Shown: positions 1 to 14,580, counted from the stretch's first letter. The stretch is 64,000 nucleotides of DNA from the human T2T-CHM13v2.0 reference genome, Homo sapiens (GCF_009914755.1 NC_060932.1); one strand, 5' to 3'. Notes: a model not told the origin generated them from the letters alone. A program made the numbers and translations.

Positions 1-734
1 AATTAAATAAGGCAGCAGTGACCAATCCCAGAGTGACAGAGATATGTGACCTTTAAGAAAGAAAATTCAAAATAGCTGTTTTGTGGAAGTTAAACAAAAT
101 ACAAAATACAGAGAAGGAATTCAGAATCCTATCAGATAAATTTAACAAAGTTATTAAAGTAATTTTTGAAATTTCATCAGAAATTCTGGAGCTGAAAAAT
201 TCAATTGACATACTGAAGAATGCATCAGAGCCTCTAAACAGCAGAATAGATCAAGCAGAAGAATGAATTGTGAGCTTGAAGACAGGCTATTTGAAAATAC
301 ACAGTCAGAGAAGACAAAATAATAAAGAATAAAACAGAATGAAACACATGTACAAAAATCTTGAAAATAGCTTCAAAAGAACAAATCTAAGAGTTACTGG
401 CCTTAAAGCAGAGGTTGAGACAGAGATCAGGGTAGAAAGTTTATTGAAAGGGATAATAACAGAGAACTTCCCAAACTTAGAGAAAGATAACAATATTCAA
501 GAATAAGAAGGTTATAGAACACCAGGCAGATTTAACCCAAATAAGACTGCCTTAAGGCATTTAATAATCAGACTCTCAAAGGTCAGGATAAAGAAAGGAT
601 CCTAAAAGTAGCTAGAGAAAAGAAACAAACATACAAAGGAACTCCAATACATCTGGCAGCAGAATTTTCCGTGGAAATCTTACAGTCCAGGAAAGAGTAG
701 CATGCCATATTCAAAGAGCTGAGGGAAATAAAAA

Positions 735-757
735 CACACACATACACACACACACAA
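735..757. repeat. (CA)n microsatellite inside L1 ORF1
   Basis: acacacacatacacacacacaca. Confidence 0.85.
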
Positions 758-1420
758 AAGAACCCACTTTTACCCTAGAATAGCATATTCAGCAAAAATA
801 TCCTTAAAACATGATGGAGTAATAAAGACTTTCTCAGACAAATAAAAGCTGAGGGATTTCCTCAGTACCAGAACTGTCCTATAAGAAGAAATACTAAAGG
901 AAGTTCTTCATTCTGGATAAAAAGGACATAAACAAGCAATAAGAAATCATTTGAAGGTACAAAACTCACTTGTAATAGTAAATACACAGACAAACACACT
1001 AAAGTCACAGAGTATTATAATACTGTATTCGTGGTATGTAAACTACTCATATCTTGAGTAGAAAGAAAATGATGAACCTATCAAAAATAATAGCTACAAC
1101 GCTTCTCAAGACATAGTATCATCAGATATAAATAGAAACAATAAAAAGTTAAAACATTAGGGTTAAAGTTTTTATTAGTTTTATCTTTGCTTGTTTGCTT
1201 TTGCAATCAGTATTAAGTTGTTTTAAGTTTAAAATAATTCTAAGATGTTATTTGCAAGCCTCATGGTAACTTCAAATCAAAACACCTACAACAGATACAC
1301 AAAAAATAAAAAGAAAGAAATTAAAACACGACCAGAGAAAATTACCTTCACAGACAGGAAGACAAGAAGGAAAGAAGGAAGGAAAAGAAGATCACAAAAC
1401 AACCAGAAAACAAATAACAA

Positions 1421-4400
1421 ATGGTAGGAGTAACTTCTTACTTATCAGTAATAACATTGACTGTAAATGGACTAAGCTGTCCAATCAAAAGATATGTTTT
1501 TTTCTCTGAATGGAGAAAAAAACAAGGCCCAATGTTCTTTTCCCTACAAGAAACACACTTGACTTACAAAGACACACAGAGACTGAAAATAAAGGAATGG
1601 AAACAGATATTCAATGCAAATGTAAACCAAAAAAAGAGCAGGAGTGGCTATACATATATCAGACAAAATAGATTTCAAGTCAAAAACTATAAAAAGAGAC
1701 AAAGAAGGTCACTGTATAATGATGAGGGAGCCAATTTAGCAGGAGGATATAACAATTTTAAATATATATGTACCTGACACTGGAGCACTAAGATATATAA
1801 AGCAAACATTATAAAAGCCCAAGAGAAAGATAGAACTCAATATGACAAAAGCTGGAGACTTCAACATCCCACTTTCAGCATTGGACAAATCATCAAGACA
1901 GAAAATCAACAAAGTAACTTTAAATTTAATCTGCACTATAGAACAAATGAACCTAGTAAATATTTACAGTAAATTTTTTTTGATGGCTGCAGAATATGCA
2001 TTCCTCTCCTCAGCTCATAGATTATTCTCAAGGATAGACCCTATGTTTGGCCACAAAAACAGTCTTTATAAAAAAAATTCAAGAGGCCGGGCGTGGTGGC
2101 TCACGCCTGTAATCCCAGCACTTTTGGAGGCCGAGGTGGGTGGATCACGAGGTCAGGAGATTGAGACCATCCTGGCTAACACGGTGAAACCCGACTCTAC
2201 TAAAAATACGGAAAAAAAACTAGCCCGGCGTGGTGGTGGGTGCCTGTAGTCCTAGCTACTTGGGAGGCTGAGGCCAGAGAATGGCGGGAATACGGGAGGC
2301 AGAGCTTGCAGTGAGCCGAGATCATGCCACTGCACTCCAGCCTGCGTGACAGAGCGAGACTCCATCTCAAAAAATAAATAAATAATAAATAAACGAACAA
2401 AAAATTCAAGAAAATGAAATCATATTAAGTACCTTCTCTGACCACAATGGAATAAGCTAGAAATCAATAACAAGAGGAATTTTGAAAACTATACAAACAT
2501 ATGAAATTAAACAATGTTCTCCTAAATGACAAATGGGTTAATGAAGATATTAAGAAGAAAGTTTAAAAATTTCTTGGAACAAATGAAAATTAAAACACAA
2601 CATATTAAAACCTATGAGACACAGTGAAAACATTATTCAAAGGAAAGTTTATAGCAATAAGCACCAACATCAAAAAAGTAGAAAAACTTCAGGTAAAGAA
2701 CCTAATGATGCATCTTAAAGAACTAGAAAAGCAAGAGCAAACCAAACCCAAAATTAGTAAAAGAAATAATAAAGATCAGAGCAGAAATAAATGAAACTGA
2801 AATTAAGAAAATGATACAAAATATCAATGAAACAAAGTTGTTTTTTAAAAATAAATAAAATCAACAAACCTTATGCCTTAACTAAGAAAAAAAGAGAGAA
2901 GACCCAAGTGGAAAAAATCAGAGACAAAAAAGAGACATCACAATTGATACCTCAGAAATTCAGAGGATTATTAGTGGTTACTATGATCATGTATATATCA
3001 ATAAATTTGAAAATTTAAAAGAAATAGATAAATTTTTAGACATATACAACCTACCAAGATTGAACCATGAAGAAATCTGAAACCTGAACAGATAAATATA
3101 GAGTAATGAGATCGAAGCCATAATAAAAATCTCCCAGCAAAGAAAAGCCCACTACCTGATGGCTTCCTTGCTGAATTTTATCAAACGCTTAAAGAAGAAC
3201 TAATATTTGTTCTACTCAAACTATTCCAAAAATGGAGGAGGAGGGAATACTTCTAAACTCATTTTATGAGGCCAGTATCACCCTCATACAAAAACCAGAC
3301 AAAAACACTTCAAAAAAATAAAACTACAGGCCAATATCCCTGATGCAAAAATCCTCAGCAAAATACTAGCAAACTGAATTCAGGAAGACACTAAAAAATT
3401 CATTCATTATGACCAAGTGGGATATAACCCAGGGATGCAATTTTGACTCAACATATGCAAATCAATCAATTTGATACATCATATCAACAAAATTAAAGAC
3501 AAAAACTATGTAACCATTTCAACTGATGCTTAAAATGCATTTGATGAAACTCAACATCCCTTTATGATAGAAATCCTCAAAAAACTAGGCATAGAAAAAA
3601 CATATCTCAGCTGGGTATAGAAGGAACATATCTCAACACAATAAAAGCCATATACAACAGACACACAGTTAGTATACTGAATGGGGAAAACTGAAAGCCT
3701 TTCCTCTAACATCTGAAACAAGACAAGGATGTCCACTTTAATCACTGTTATTCAGTATAGTACTAGAAGTTCTAGCTACAGCAGTCATATAAGAAAAAGA
3801 AATTAAGGGCATCCAAATTGGAAAGAAAGAAGTAAAATTATTCTGATTTGCAGATGATATGATCTTATAATTGGAAAAATCTAAAGACTTAATCAAAAAA
3901 GTATTAGAACTGATCACTTTAGTAAAGATCCAGGATACAGAATCAATATACAAAACTCAGTAGCACTTCCATGTGCCAACAATAAAAAATCTGAAAAAGA
4001 AGTCAAGAAAGTAATACATTTACAATGGCTGCAAGTAAAATAATACACCTATGAATAAGACTAACCAAAAAAGTGAAAGATCTCTACAATGAAAACTATA
4101 AAACATTGATGCAAGAAATGGAAGAGGACACAAAAATGGAAAGGTATTCCATGTTCATGAATTGGAAGAATCAATATTGTTAAAATGTCCACACTACCCA
4201 GTGCAATCTACAGATTCAGTGAAATCCCTATCAAAATACCAATGACATTCTCCACAGAAATAGAAACAATAGTCCTAAAATGTATATAGAACCACAAAAG
4301 ATCCAGAATAGCTAAAGCTATCCTGAGCAAAAAACTGTAAGAATCACATTACCTGACTTCAAATTATGCTACAGAGCTATAGTAAGCAAAACAGCATGGT

Positions 4401-5560
4401 ACTTGAATAAAAACAGACACATAGACCAATGGAACAGAATAGAAAACTCAGAAATAAATCCATACGTCTATAATAAACTCATTTCTGACAAAGGTGCAAA
4501 TAACATACATTGAGGGAAGAACAGTCTCCTCAATAAATGATGCTAGACAAACTGAATATCCTTAGGCAGAAGAATGAAACTAGACCTCTATCTCTCACCA
4601 TATAAAAAATCAAATAAAAATGGATTAAGGACTGAAATCCAAGTTTTCAAACTATGAAACTACTATTAAATAAAAGAAAACACTGGGAAAACTCTCCAGG
4701 ACATTGGTCTGGGCAAAGGTTTCTTGAGTAATAACCCTACAGACACAGGCAACCAAAGCAAAACTGGACAAATGGGATCCCATCAAGTTAAAAAGCTTCT
4801 GCACAGTAAAGGAAGCAATCAACAAAGTTGAAGGGACAACCCACAAAATGAGAGAATTTTTTTCAAACTATTCATCTGAGAAGGGATTAATAACCAGAAT
4901 ATGTAAGGAGCTCAATCAACTCAATAAGAACAAATGTAATAATCTGATTAGAAAATAGGCAAAAGATCTGAATAGACACTTCTCAAAGCAGAAATAAAAA
5001 TGGCAAACAGGCCTATGTTTGGTGCTCAACATCACTGATTACTTGAGAAACGCAAATCAAAACTACAATGAGACACCGCATTACTCCAGTTAAAATGGCT
5101 TTTATCCAGAAGACAGGCAATAACAAACATTGCTGAAGATGTAGGAGGAAAAGGAACCCTCATACACTGTAGGTGGCAATGTAAATTAGTACAACGGTGA
5201 TAAAGAAGAGTTTGGAGGTTTCTAAAAAAAACTAAAAGTAGAACTACTATATGATCCAGCAATTCTCTGCTAGGTATATACCCAAAAGAAAGGAAATCAG
5301 TATATTGAAGAGATTTCTTCACTCCCATGTTTATTGCAACACTATTCACAATAGCCAAGATTTGGAAGCAACCTAAGTGTCCATCAACAGATGAACAGAT
5401 AAAGAAAATTTGGTATTGATACACAATGGAGTGCTCTTTAGCCATAAAAAAAATGAGATTCTGTCATTTGCAAGATCATGATTGGAACTGGTCATTATGT
5501 TAAGTTAATGTTAAATAAGCCAGGCACAAAAAGACAAACTTCACATGTTCTCATTCATTT
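1421..5560 (+). pseudogene. Disrupted L1 ORF2 (APE endonuclease, reverse transcriptase, C-terminal domain)
   Basis: Recognisable ORF2 motifs are split across frames by many stops and frameshifts. An AluY interrupts it at 2085-2398. Confidence 0.9.
2085..2398 (+). mobile_element. AluY
   Basis: Starts ggccgggcgtggtggctcacgcc. AluY diagnostics are present ('gagaccatcctggctaacacggtg', 'gagaatggcg', 'agcttgcagtgag'). The 13-bp TSD aaaaaattcaaga occurs at 2072-2084 and 2399-2411. Confidence 0.97.
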
Positions 5561-5829
5561 ATACTTGAGAGCAAAATGGGATGACTACAGTCAACAAAAA
5601 TTTATTGTACATTTAAAAATAACTAAAAAAGTGTAACTGGAATACTTATAACACAAAGAAGGTGATGGGTACCCCATTGACCCTGATGTTACTATTACAC
5701 TATGTATGCCTGTATCAAAATACCTCATATGCCCCATAAATATATACCGTTATTATGTGCCTGTAAGAATTAAAAACTTAAGAAAAAGACCTTCAAGCAG
5801 ATTAATATCTTATGAGGGTAGAATTCTGT

Positions 5830-6160
5830 GGGATACGTAGATTGGTAATATAAAGTCAAAGAGAAAAAGTTACAGTGTAAAACTTCCAACCACTAAAAAA
5901 CTTAGTCACATATATCTTAAATGGATGATGATGGGTATCAAATTACCATGGTAATTAAATCCAGTGCATGCATTTAAGTGGTAATGTGAAAATTTCATTT
6001 AAAATCATCAATATTTATAATACTCAAGAAATTGCACCATCATAGATATTTAAATTTATGATGAAGAATTTTAGATGCCAACCTAAAAATATGCAATAAG
6101 GTATAATTTTTCAAACTTATTTTATGGAGTATAGAATACACAATTTTGAAGACCAGTAAC
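5830..6160. mobile_element. Probable ancient hAT/Charlie-type DNA transposon fragment
   Basis: AT-rich segment ending in 'ttttgaagaccagt', which resembles Charlie-type terminal sequence. Recognised from memory only. Confidence 0.35.
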
Positions 6161-6289
6161 TTAGAATATAGGCATATGATCCTTTTCTTTGGGTTTCAGT
6201 TGCTTCATACAGTGTTTGGACGGTAGTTAGAATTATTCATTTCGGGTGCTGGAAGAGTGGATGTATCACAGTGCTACAAGGGGGCGCAC

Positions 6290-6480
6290 CCTGATGTCAG
6301 ATCCCTGGGTTCACATTCCAGCTCTGTCACCTACAAAGCTGTGTGACAGTAGGCATGTCAGCTAACCTCTTATCCTTCCCCTCATTGAAGCAATGATGAG
6401 GTGAGGATGACTCTAGATGATGTATGTCCAATGTTCAGGACCCACATATCATCCATTTAGGGTAGGTATTCAAAAGAAAT
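6290..6480 (+). mobile_element. MIR SINE
   Basis: 'ctgggttcacattccagctctgtcacctac...gctgtgtgac...gtcagctaacctct' matches the MIR 5'/core pattern. Confidence 0.7.
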
Positions 6481-6789
6481 GGAGCTGCTCAGAGTTTTCT
6501 ATCAGAGTCGGTAAATTCGAGTTTCTACAGGGTCAACTGGTTTTCGCAGCTTCAATTTCCATGTTTCTTAGGAAACAAGATAAAGTTTCTCACGGTGATT
6601 CCATTTTTTGTAAACAATTATTTCCAAAACAAGAATAATGAAAACAAATAATGTCAGGAAATTATGATTTTTGTTCTTTTAGCATAGAGAACATCACCAT
6701 AAACAGAGAAACAAAACCTTGGAAAGGTTCTATAAGAGTGCTATATGCTCCCTTATAGCCTGAAATAGGGATATTAAAAAAAATTATTT

Positions 6790-7309
<520 letters not shown>

Positions 7310-7894
7310 CTATGCCATCTCACCTAGGGATTGTGAACCAGACCAGTAGCTCATTCTTGACAGGGAAGGCCTGGAACATGCAACCTGCAATTCTCAGATT
7401 CCAGTAGAAGTGTGTGTAACTAATGTGTCTCCCAACTTCATTTGGTTGGAGTGGGAAAGACAATAAAAATAGAAGAGATTAAACTGGCCATTCCTCAGGG
7501 TCAGAAAATGAGCCTTAATTGTTTTTGTTTCCAGACCTGACATTGGTGTAGGTTACTTGGGAAGTTCCTATTCACTTAATGCTTGTTGAGCTAAACTGAC
7601 TCTCTACTGGGGAGAGGGGGAGCTAGGGTAAGCCAAATCCACACTACTGTGAGAAACAGGAGAGGTTCCCTGACCATGAAGCCAAAGAATTCCTGCTTCT
7701 TCCAGTGCTCCTTCCTCAGGATCTCCATTAGAGAAAATTAGATTTTATTCAGGCAATTAGGATCACACTAGTTTTGATGCATTCTTGAGAATACAACTGA
7801 AATTCCTTATCTATAAACCATGTGTGAGTATCATTTAGTTATTGCCTTGGTTCATCCCAGGGCCAAGTGCAAGCAGGATAACAGCATGAAAAAC

Positions 7895-8085
7895 TTCTTG
7901 GAATCAAACGGCCCTAGAGAAAGTCATGGCTCTGACACTTAATCGGTGTACTATATTGGGTGAATTACTTGAATTATCTGACTTCCATTTTCTCACCTGT
8001 AAATTGCGGGTAATAATAAGAATCTTGAGGATTTTTGTAAGGATTTTATGTAAAGCCTAATCCATAGTAGACACTTAGTGGCAGC
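7895..8085 (+). mobile_element. MIR SINE
   Basis: MIR core 'gggtgaattacttgaattatctgacttccattttctcacctgtaaattgcgggtaataata'. Confidence 0.75.
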
Positions 8086-10304
8086 TTAGTGTTAAATGCT
8101 CTAATGGTTTGTGGTGTCATGCTAAAATGTGCAGGCTGTCTAAGGAAAAAGTTATTGGCTATAGTCATGAATGTTCTGGGCAAATACTAATTACATTGAT
8201 TTCCGTATATTGAATGGGTCTCTGAAGTCATTAAAAAGTTTAAGCTATGTGTTCACACCTTTAAAAATAATTCAGAAGATGGTTCATTCAAGTATGACCA
8301 GGAAAAACTTGCGGACAAAGCATCAATATGCTATATTTTAATGACATCATTTTATGTTCTATTACCCAGTATTCATCACAATAGCCCATTTATGCAAGAA
8401 TATCACTCTGTTGGGATGCATACATCAGGGCAGCAAATTTAAATAGCCTCTAATAACAGAGTATAATGATTGAAAGTTGGAGAAAGAATATTACTTGCTG
8501 ATGAAAAAGAAAAACAGAAAATCAAGACAAGTGGTGAAGGATTTCATAAGCCTGGATCTCATTGGACCTGTCCCTGAGTCAGTGTGAGACTGTTGAGAGG
8601 ATGAACCATTTCCTCAGCCAAGAAACGAGCAGACAACTCTTCTAACCATCTGGAAATTCAGTTTTTACAGTGGTTTAAATTGCTCCTCATGGCATTTTAT
8701 TCTAGGTGCTAATATTCAAATATTTAAAATTTTAAATGAAGAGATGATTTTTCATTAAGTTTGACTGGCTTTTACTCTTGATCAAACTAAAGTAAGCAAG
8801 ACAGACTAATGGAAATTTAGTGCAAATTTAAAGAAATACCGTTTTCACTTTTATTTGTGTAATATTAAAATTTTTTATTTCTTTTTAAAATAAAGCAATG
8901 GTTTCCAAAGCTGTTGACTCGGTCTTTTATTTTCAGGAGGCTCTGATTAACTTTTGCGTCAACACTCAGGTATTCAGAATTCTCCAGACATTTCAGTCTC
9001 ATTCTATCTGTCATTGAATAGAGGCAACTCTATCTCATATTTCATCACATAATCTCCGTATTTTTTAGCATTATACATTTTGTTATATTAAAACTAAATC
9101 TAGATAACTAGTAAGTGGATGGTTAAAAGTCAAGCAAATATTTTTAATTGTGACGCATTTGGATAATACATGCAAAAGATAGGTTCAGTCTCATTTATAG
9201 TGGCTTGGTAAGATGATCACTGATGCTTCCATCATGGTATTTTCTAGAAGTATTGAAGAGAAGCCAACACACCTTTCTTTAATACTACAAGGTCATTATA
9301 TAGACACAGTCATTGGGAGGAAAGACAGTTACAATCCCTCATTTCTGATTAAGAAGCAAAAGCTCCTCCAAGATGCTCTGTGCATAGAGGCAGTCCCAGC
9401 TCTACAGTCACATTTTGCTGACCCACTGACACAGAAAGAAATAATTTAATAGTGTCACTGGAAGATTTCCAGACATACGATGTTTCTGATTATTTAAAAA
9501 TCCTTCTAGTCCTTCAGCATTTAGAAATCCTGCTGGATAAAAGACACTTTAAAATCCTAAGTTATCATTAAGAAAAGTAAAAGGAATTCTCATAGGCCAA
9601 ATGGAAAAGGAAAGTGAAAATCAGGGGAGTGATGGGAGCTGACTTTCTGCAGTGCTACAGCCCTGGGAACCAAAAGGGTTTAGGTCTAATGGCACCAAGA
9701 GGATGAACAGCGAGGCCTCAGCCTGAAGGAGGTGGGAGTTAGAACTGATCCCGTCTTTACCCCTGCTAAGGCTTATATGCCTTGGGAACAAATAGAACAG
9801 TGAAAAAAAAAAAGTCTATAGGCACAGGGAGAAGAAAGGGATTATTTATAGTTTTGCCTAGGATTAAGATGAGAACAGAGAAAATCTGGGCAATAATTTA
9901 TATCTATGGGCTTATCTTTATTTTGACTGGGGTTTCACTTTATCTTTATGGCCCAAGAATTCTATAACTGAGAACACAAATTCTCACAGGCTGGTAAGAT
10001 TTCAGGGATTTCCTTAGAAAAAGAAGTTTTGCATTTACTTCTGACAGACATCCCTGAAATCAATTCAAGCAATAATTGCAACCCAAACTATATAAGATTT
10101 TCACACACAAAAAAAACATCATTTACTCCAAGTTATTACTGAGTGATTTGACTTCATGGGCACCAAGGGCGCTCAACTTTTAAGTCCCAATACTGCTGTG
10201 GGAAGCAACAGGATTCCTTCAGCAAATTCTACTAAGATGGTAAATCTTAATATCAGTAAAGTCACGACACATTCTTGAATGGATGGAGTAATGAAGAATT
10301 TGAA

Positions 10305-10332
10305 ACACACACACACACAAACACACACACAC
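10305..10332. repeat. (CA)n microsatellite
   Basis: acacacacacacacaaacacacacacac. Confidence 0.9.
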
Positions 10333-10455
10333 GCATCCTTCTAATGCTGATATCCTCCCTGTTAATGAATCACTGATTAAATCTTTAATATGCAAGAGGA
10401 GTTCTGGAAGTTAAATCGGGAGAAATCTACTGGGCTCACAGATGTCATTCTTGTA

Positions 10456-10578
10456 TCTTCTTTCTTTCTTCCTTTCTCTCTCCTTTTCCCTCTGCTTTAC
10501 TCTCCTCTTTCCTTCCTTTCTTCCTTCTTTTCTTTTCTTCATTCTTTCTCCTTTTCTTCCTTTCTTCCTTCTTCTTTA
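10456..10578. repeat. CT-rich low-complexity polypyrimidine tract
   Basis: About 120 nt that is almost entirely C/T on the + strand. Confidence 0.9.
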
Positions 10579-12399
10579 CACAGGCAGCTATAAAACAGGC
10601 ACTTAACAAATTTGTTGCTTATTTTCTGATTAAATATGGAAAAAAGGCAATGACTGCAAGAAAAAGTTCTGCCATTTCTCTACAGCTTAAACCTTTGATA
10701 CTTTGGGAAGTGATGTTTATTTTGAAAGAGGAACATGTAACAATCTAAAGTCGTTGGTCAATTTCAGGGTAAACCTAACAGCTTTTTTGACTCGACTATT
10801 TCGAGAGCCATCTTTTATTCTGCCATCCTTTCTTTCTTTCTCCTCTAATTTTTCTATTTAATTTCATTAGAAATGCTTCTGAGCCAACTGATATAAGAAG
10901 ACATTTTGAAATAAGTTGAGAAAACTGGAAATATGAAAATAAAGATGAATAAAATGAAAGGAAGCCAAGTATGAGGTTGGTACGCAGAGTATGTACATTG
11001 AAGTCTAGTTCTCTTCCTCAAGGTAGAACACGATACATCTTTGTGGCTTCACAGGGAACAAGACTAAAGAATATGGACAGAAACAACTTCATGGTTTATT
11101 ACTACGTGTAGAGACAAAGTAACTCTTCTGAAAAATATCACTTACACCGGCCTAGTAAGCAATTCTGTCCTGGGCCCACACTGAAGGACTTAATACTTCT
11201 CACCCCCAAAGTAAGTCAAACTCAACAGTTAACTTATCATTACTTTACATTTTACTAAAGATTTCTCTGGGGAAAGTGAGAAAAGTTCCATTGTAATAAT
11301 AAACACAACTTAAGAAAGTCTTCTTAGAACACACTCTTGCCACCTCAAGCATCCTCACTCCCAGGGCAACATCAGCAGCCTAAATGGCTCTAGCCTTTCC
11401 CAATCATTTTCAGGGTAGGCCTAAGCTCCGAGGACAGCATGCTATCTAAAACATGGTAGTGACCACCAAGGGTGTAGGGTGTAGCAACATGAGCCCTAAT
11501 ATGAATTGCATCCTGATAGCTTAAATTTGGCATTGTAGTATGCCTACCTATGGCAATTTCTAGCAATGTTCTATTGGCTTGGTAGTAGGTGCCCAGTCAA
11601 TCAGAATCATCAGCTATTTTCTCCAAACCTGTTGAGGCATGGCACTATGATGGTGCTGTGAGAGATTCAAAGTGCTATTTTTTCTATAAAGGAATTTATA
11701 ATCTGGCCAGGAGGCAACACTGTGCAAAAGAAATAATTGGAGAATAAATAGCACAGTAAACATAATAAGAAATTGCCGGGGACTATAAGAGCCAACTATG
11801 TGAAGGCTACTGCCTGAGAGCAATTGTCCTGCCAACAAGTGTGGTCATTACTGTGATTTCCTTGCACAACAGAGACAAGGGTAGGTAGAGGGAGGAGAGC
11901 TGGAGGCAACTGTAAATTTGCTCCTCTGAGCACAGCAAGTGGGTTATTAAAGATATCTACCTTCGATTGATGCCTGAGGCTCTGTTAGGAATGGGAGAAA
12001 CAGATCCACAGGAGAAAATAGATTCTTTTCTTCTTTGGGTTCTAATGCATATTGGTGCAGTTGCCTGCCATATGGAGATATAAGTTTACATATACTCTCT
12101 ATGTTTATTTACTCGCATTGTAGTAAATCTAAACTGCACAGAAACTTCTGCTGTTTTGAACACTTAGGATAGTGTTCCATCCTTTCTGAAAGATGAAGAG
12201 ATGGACTCGATATATAATTTGTGGTGTGAGGACAGGTGCTTCTTTCACTTTGCTAATGATATATTTCTAAGGACAGAAAAATTCCTCTCCAACTCCGTGG
12301 CTATGACATCGATTCTATAATAAAATCATTCATTGTCTACCCTTTTAAAGGATTTCTAAAGTCCTCATCAATGAGCAGTTACTAAGATCCTACCGGAAA

Positions 12400-12730
12400 C
12401 CCAGCTATGTCCCCTCTGCCTGGAAGTCCTTTATCTGTGTCTTTGTTTCAATGTATTTAACTCCTTAAGGTCCATTGCAAATGCCTCCCACATCCTAAAG
12501 CCTTCTCTGAGGGCCCCTACTCTGTAACCTTCTGAGATCACTTCTACCTCTTTATGCCATGTAGCATAGTCTGCTTTGCAGAGTAGTTATTGATTCCTTA
12601 CTCAACCCCCAACAAGTTGTTGGTTATCTAAAGACAGGGAGAAGATATAATCACTTCAGAATAATCTGAGTCTCCCAGCAGAATGCACAGAACACAGTCA
12701 TTAAAACTGAATTGTGTTGAATTAAATAGA
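12400..12730 (+). mobile_element. LINE-2 3' fragment
   Basis: 'cccctctgcctggaagtcctt', 'aagccttctctga', 'aagacaggga' and the terminal 'tgttgaattaaat' are typical of L2 3' ends. Confidence 0.65.
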
Positions 12731-12796
12731 AAACCATTTTGATGATTTCTCATGAATCTGTATTTCTCAACATGAAATTCCCTTCTTTTCTAGTAC

Positions 12797-13168
12797 TGTG
12801 ATGTACTACCTAGATCCTCCTCAGGAAAACAAGGTTTCCCACCCTAGTTGCTAGAAGTCAGTCCTCAACTGTCAGCCCCTTTGGGGATTAGCTCAGCAGC
12901 TGGGAGCTTCCTCACCCAAGGCCACACCCACTAGCAAAGATCCATAAAGGCCTTGCCCCTCCTTGGAGAAGCTCCGTAATGTCATCCATCTTCAGAGCTT
13001 CTCTCAGGCTTGCAGAGGTGACGGTGTCACTACTTGAGCCCTGTCTCTGCCTGATCCTGCTTCCTTCCTTTTCGTTCCACCTGTGTTCATCTCATGAGCA
13101 CCTTCTGAGGGGCATCCTATACAATAATCTCCTGTCTAGTCCCCTTCCCGAGGACACAGACTGAAACA
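12797..13168 (+). mobile_element. ERVL solo LTR (LTR16-like)
   Basis: TG...CA ends. Contains 'ctcaactgtcagcccctttggggatt', 'cctcacccaaggccacacc' and 'ctgatcctgcttccttcc', and ends 'cagactgaaaca'. Confidence 0.65.
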
Positions 13169-14122
13169 TGCATGTTGAACATAAAAGTACTATATGCCTT
13201 TTATTTTCTCATTTACCTCTGACCATAGTCATGAGTATAGTGGCCATAGAGGAGCTGGACTGAGATTTCTACAGTGATGCTCCACTGCAGGTTGCATGGT
13301 ATTTTATTTAACAGCCAAAATATGCTCCTTCTCTCTATTTTTCTGGAAATAAACACACAGATGTTTGGTGGAAGAAACTAAACTACACTGCTAGTTCTCC
13401 TGGGGCCTGTTTACCTTATCTTTTCAAAACAAAGAGTCAATCTATGTTTACTTGCCAAGAGAAAAATGCCTGAATTTATATCGCTTTTCCCATTTGCAGA
13501 AGGCATAAATGTCAGAAAGGTTAAGATCATCTTCTAGGTGCTTCAAAAGCCTGTTTCAAAGAAAATTTTCAAACTATAAATTATGTATGAAAAGATACAG
13601 GTACAAAATGCTATTAAGAAAAGAAACAAAGTTAATGAAAGGAAACTCATTCTATATTTTTTTCTGAGACAAAATGGATGACCCCACTTTAGCAGAAAGC
13701 AGTTGAAAATCTTCATGTAAAGCCACAGCATCAAAAAGCAACATTCTTGACAAATATAAATTTCAAGTAGTATTATAAAGCTAGTCCAGAAAATATAACC
13801 ATTCTGAACATTTGATTTGTCAGATATTGAACTCATATTAGATATTGTGATATTGTGAGAATCCATTAAAGTTCTCAAGGAAAAAAAGAAACCCATGGTC
13901 AAGTGAATTTACATTTCTAACTTGCAACAAGGCTGCAGTAGAAGTTAACAAAAGCACGGAAATGACTTAGTGATAAAAAGAAATATTAGAAATAAAAAAT
14001 AAACACTTTCATGACAACATTTCTTACTGTAGAAATATTCATGATAATTAACAAAATAAATAAAAGTAACATGATAAAAGCTTCAATTTTCTTGTTGTTT
14101 TATAAAATTAAGAGCTACAGCA

Positions 14123-14260
14123 GGCCGGCTTGGTGGCTCACACGTGTAACCCCAGCACTTTGGGATGCTGAAGCAAGGGGATTGCTTGAGCCCAGGAGTT
14201 TGAGACCAGCCTGGACAACAATGGGAGACGCCATCTTCGTTTTATTAAAAATAATTTTAA
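14123..14260 (+). mobile_element. Free left Alu monomer (FLAM_C-like)
   Basis: Single monomer with 'gattgcttgagcccaggagtttgagaccagcctgg'. TSD aagagctacagca (14110-14122) / aagaactacagca (14261-14273). Confidence 0.9.
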
Positions 14261-14389
14261 AAGAACTACAGCAATTCATTTTATGGGAAAATATGCTATG
14301 ACTACATTTTTTAAAGAACTATATTTTTTCTAAATAAGAGTACTAAGAAACTCTATAAAAATTTATTAAAATTTAAAAATTCATTTTTG

Positions 14390-14580
14390 TGAATATTTGT
14401 AATGTGCCAGACATTTTCAATGTATAATTTAATTTAATTTTCACATTCATCTTTTGAAGTTTCATCACTCCTGTTTTAAAGATATGAAAACTGAGGTTCA
14501 GCTTCAGAGAGGTTATGTAACTTGCCTAAGGTAGGATTCCAGCAAAGATCTAGAAACTCCAAGACCAATGCCGGCTTACT
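14390..14580 (-). mobile_element. MIR SINE
   Basis: 'gttttaaagatatgaaaactgaggttcag...agagaggttatgtaacttgcctaagg' is the reverse MIR core. Confidence 0.8.

Larger units (their letters stand above)
1..5790 (+). mobile_element. Old LINE-1 (L1MA-like), near full length, running off the left edge; ORF1 remnant, ORF2 remnant and 3' UTR
   Basis: ORF1 coiled-coil peptide (EILELKNSID...NSRIDQAEE). The ORF2 endonuclease start at 1421 reads MVGVTSYLSVITLTVNGL...LQETHL, with GDFNIPLS further on. RT-region DNA 'tttgcagatgatatgatc' (FADDM) lies near 3848. The L1MA-type 3' end 'gatgggtaccccatt...cccataaatatatac' and an A-rich tail end near 5790. Confidence 0.95.

Noticed and set aside
5941-5956. 16-bp perfect palindrome aattaccatggtaatt
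   Set aside because: About one is expected by chance in 64 kb, and more in AT-rich DNA.
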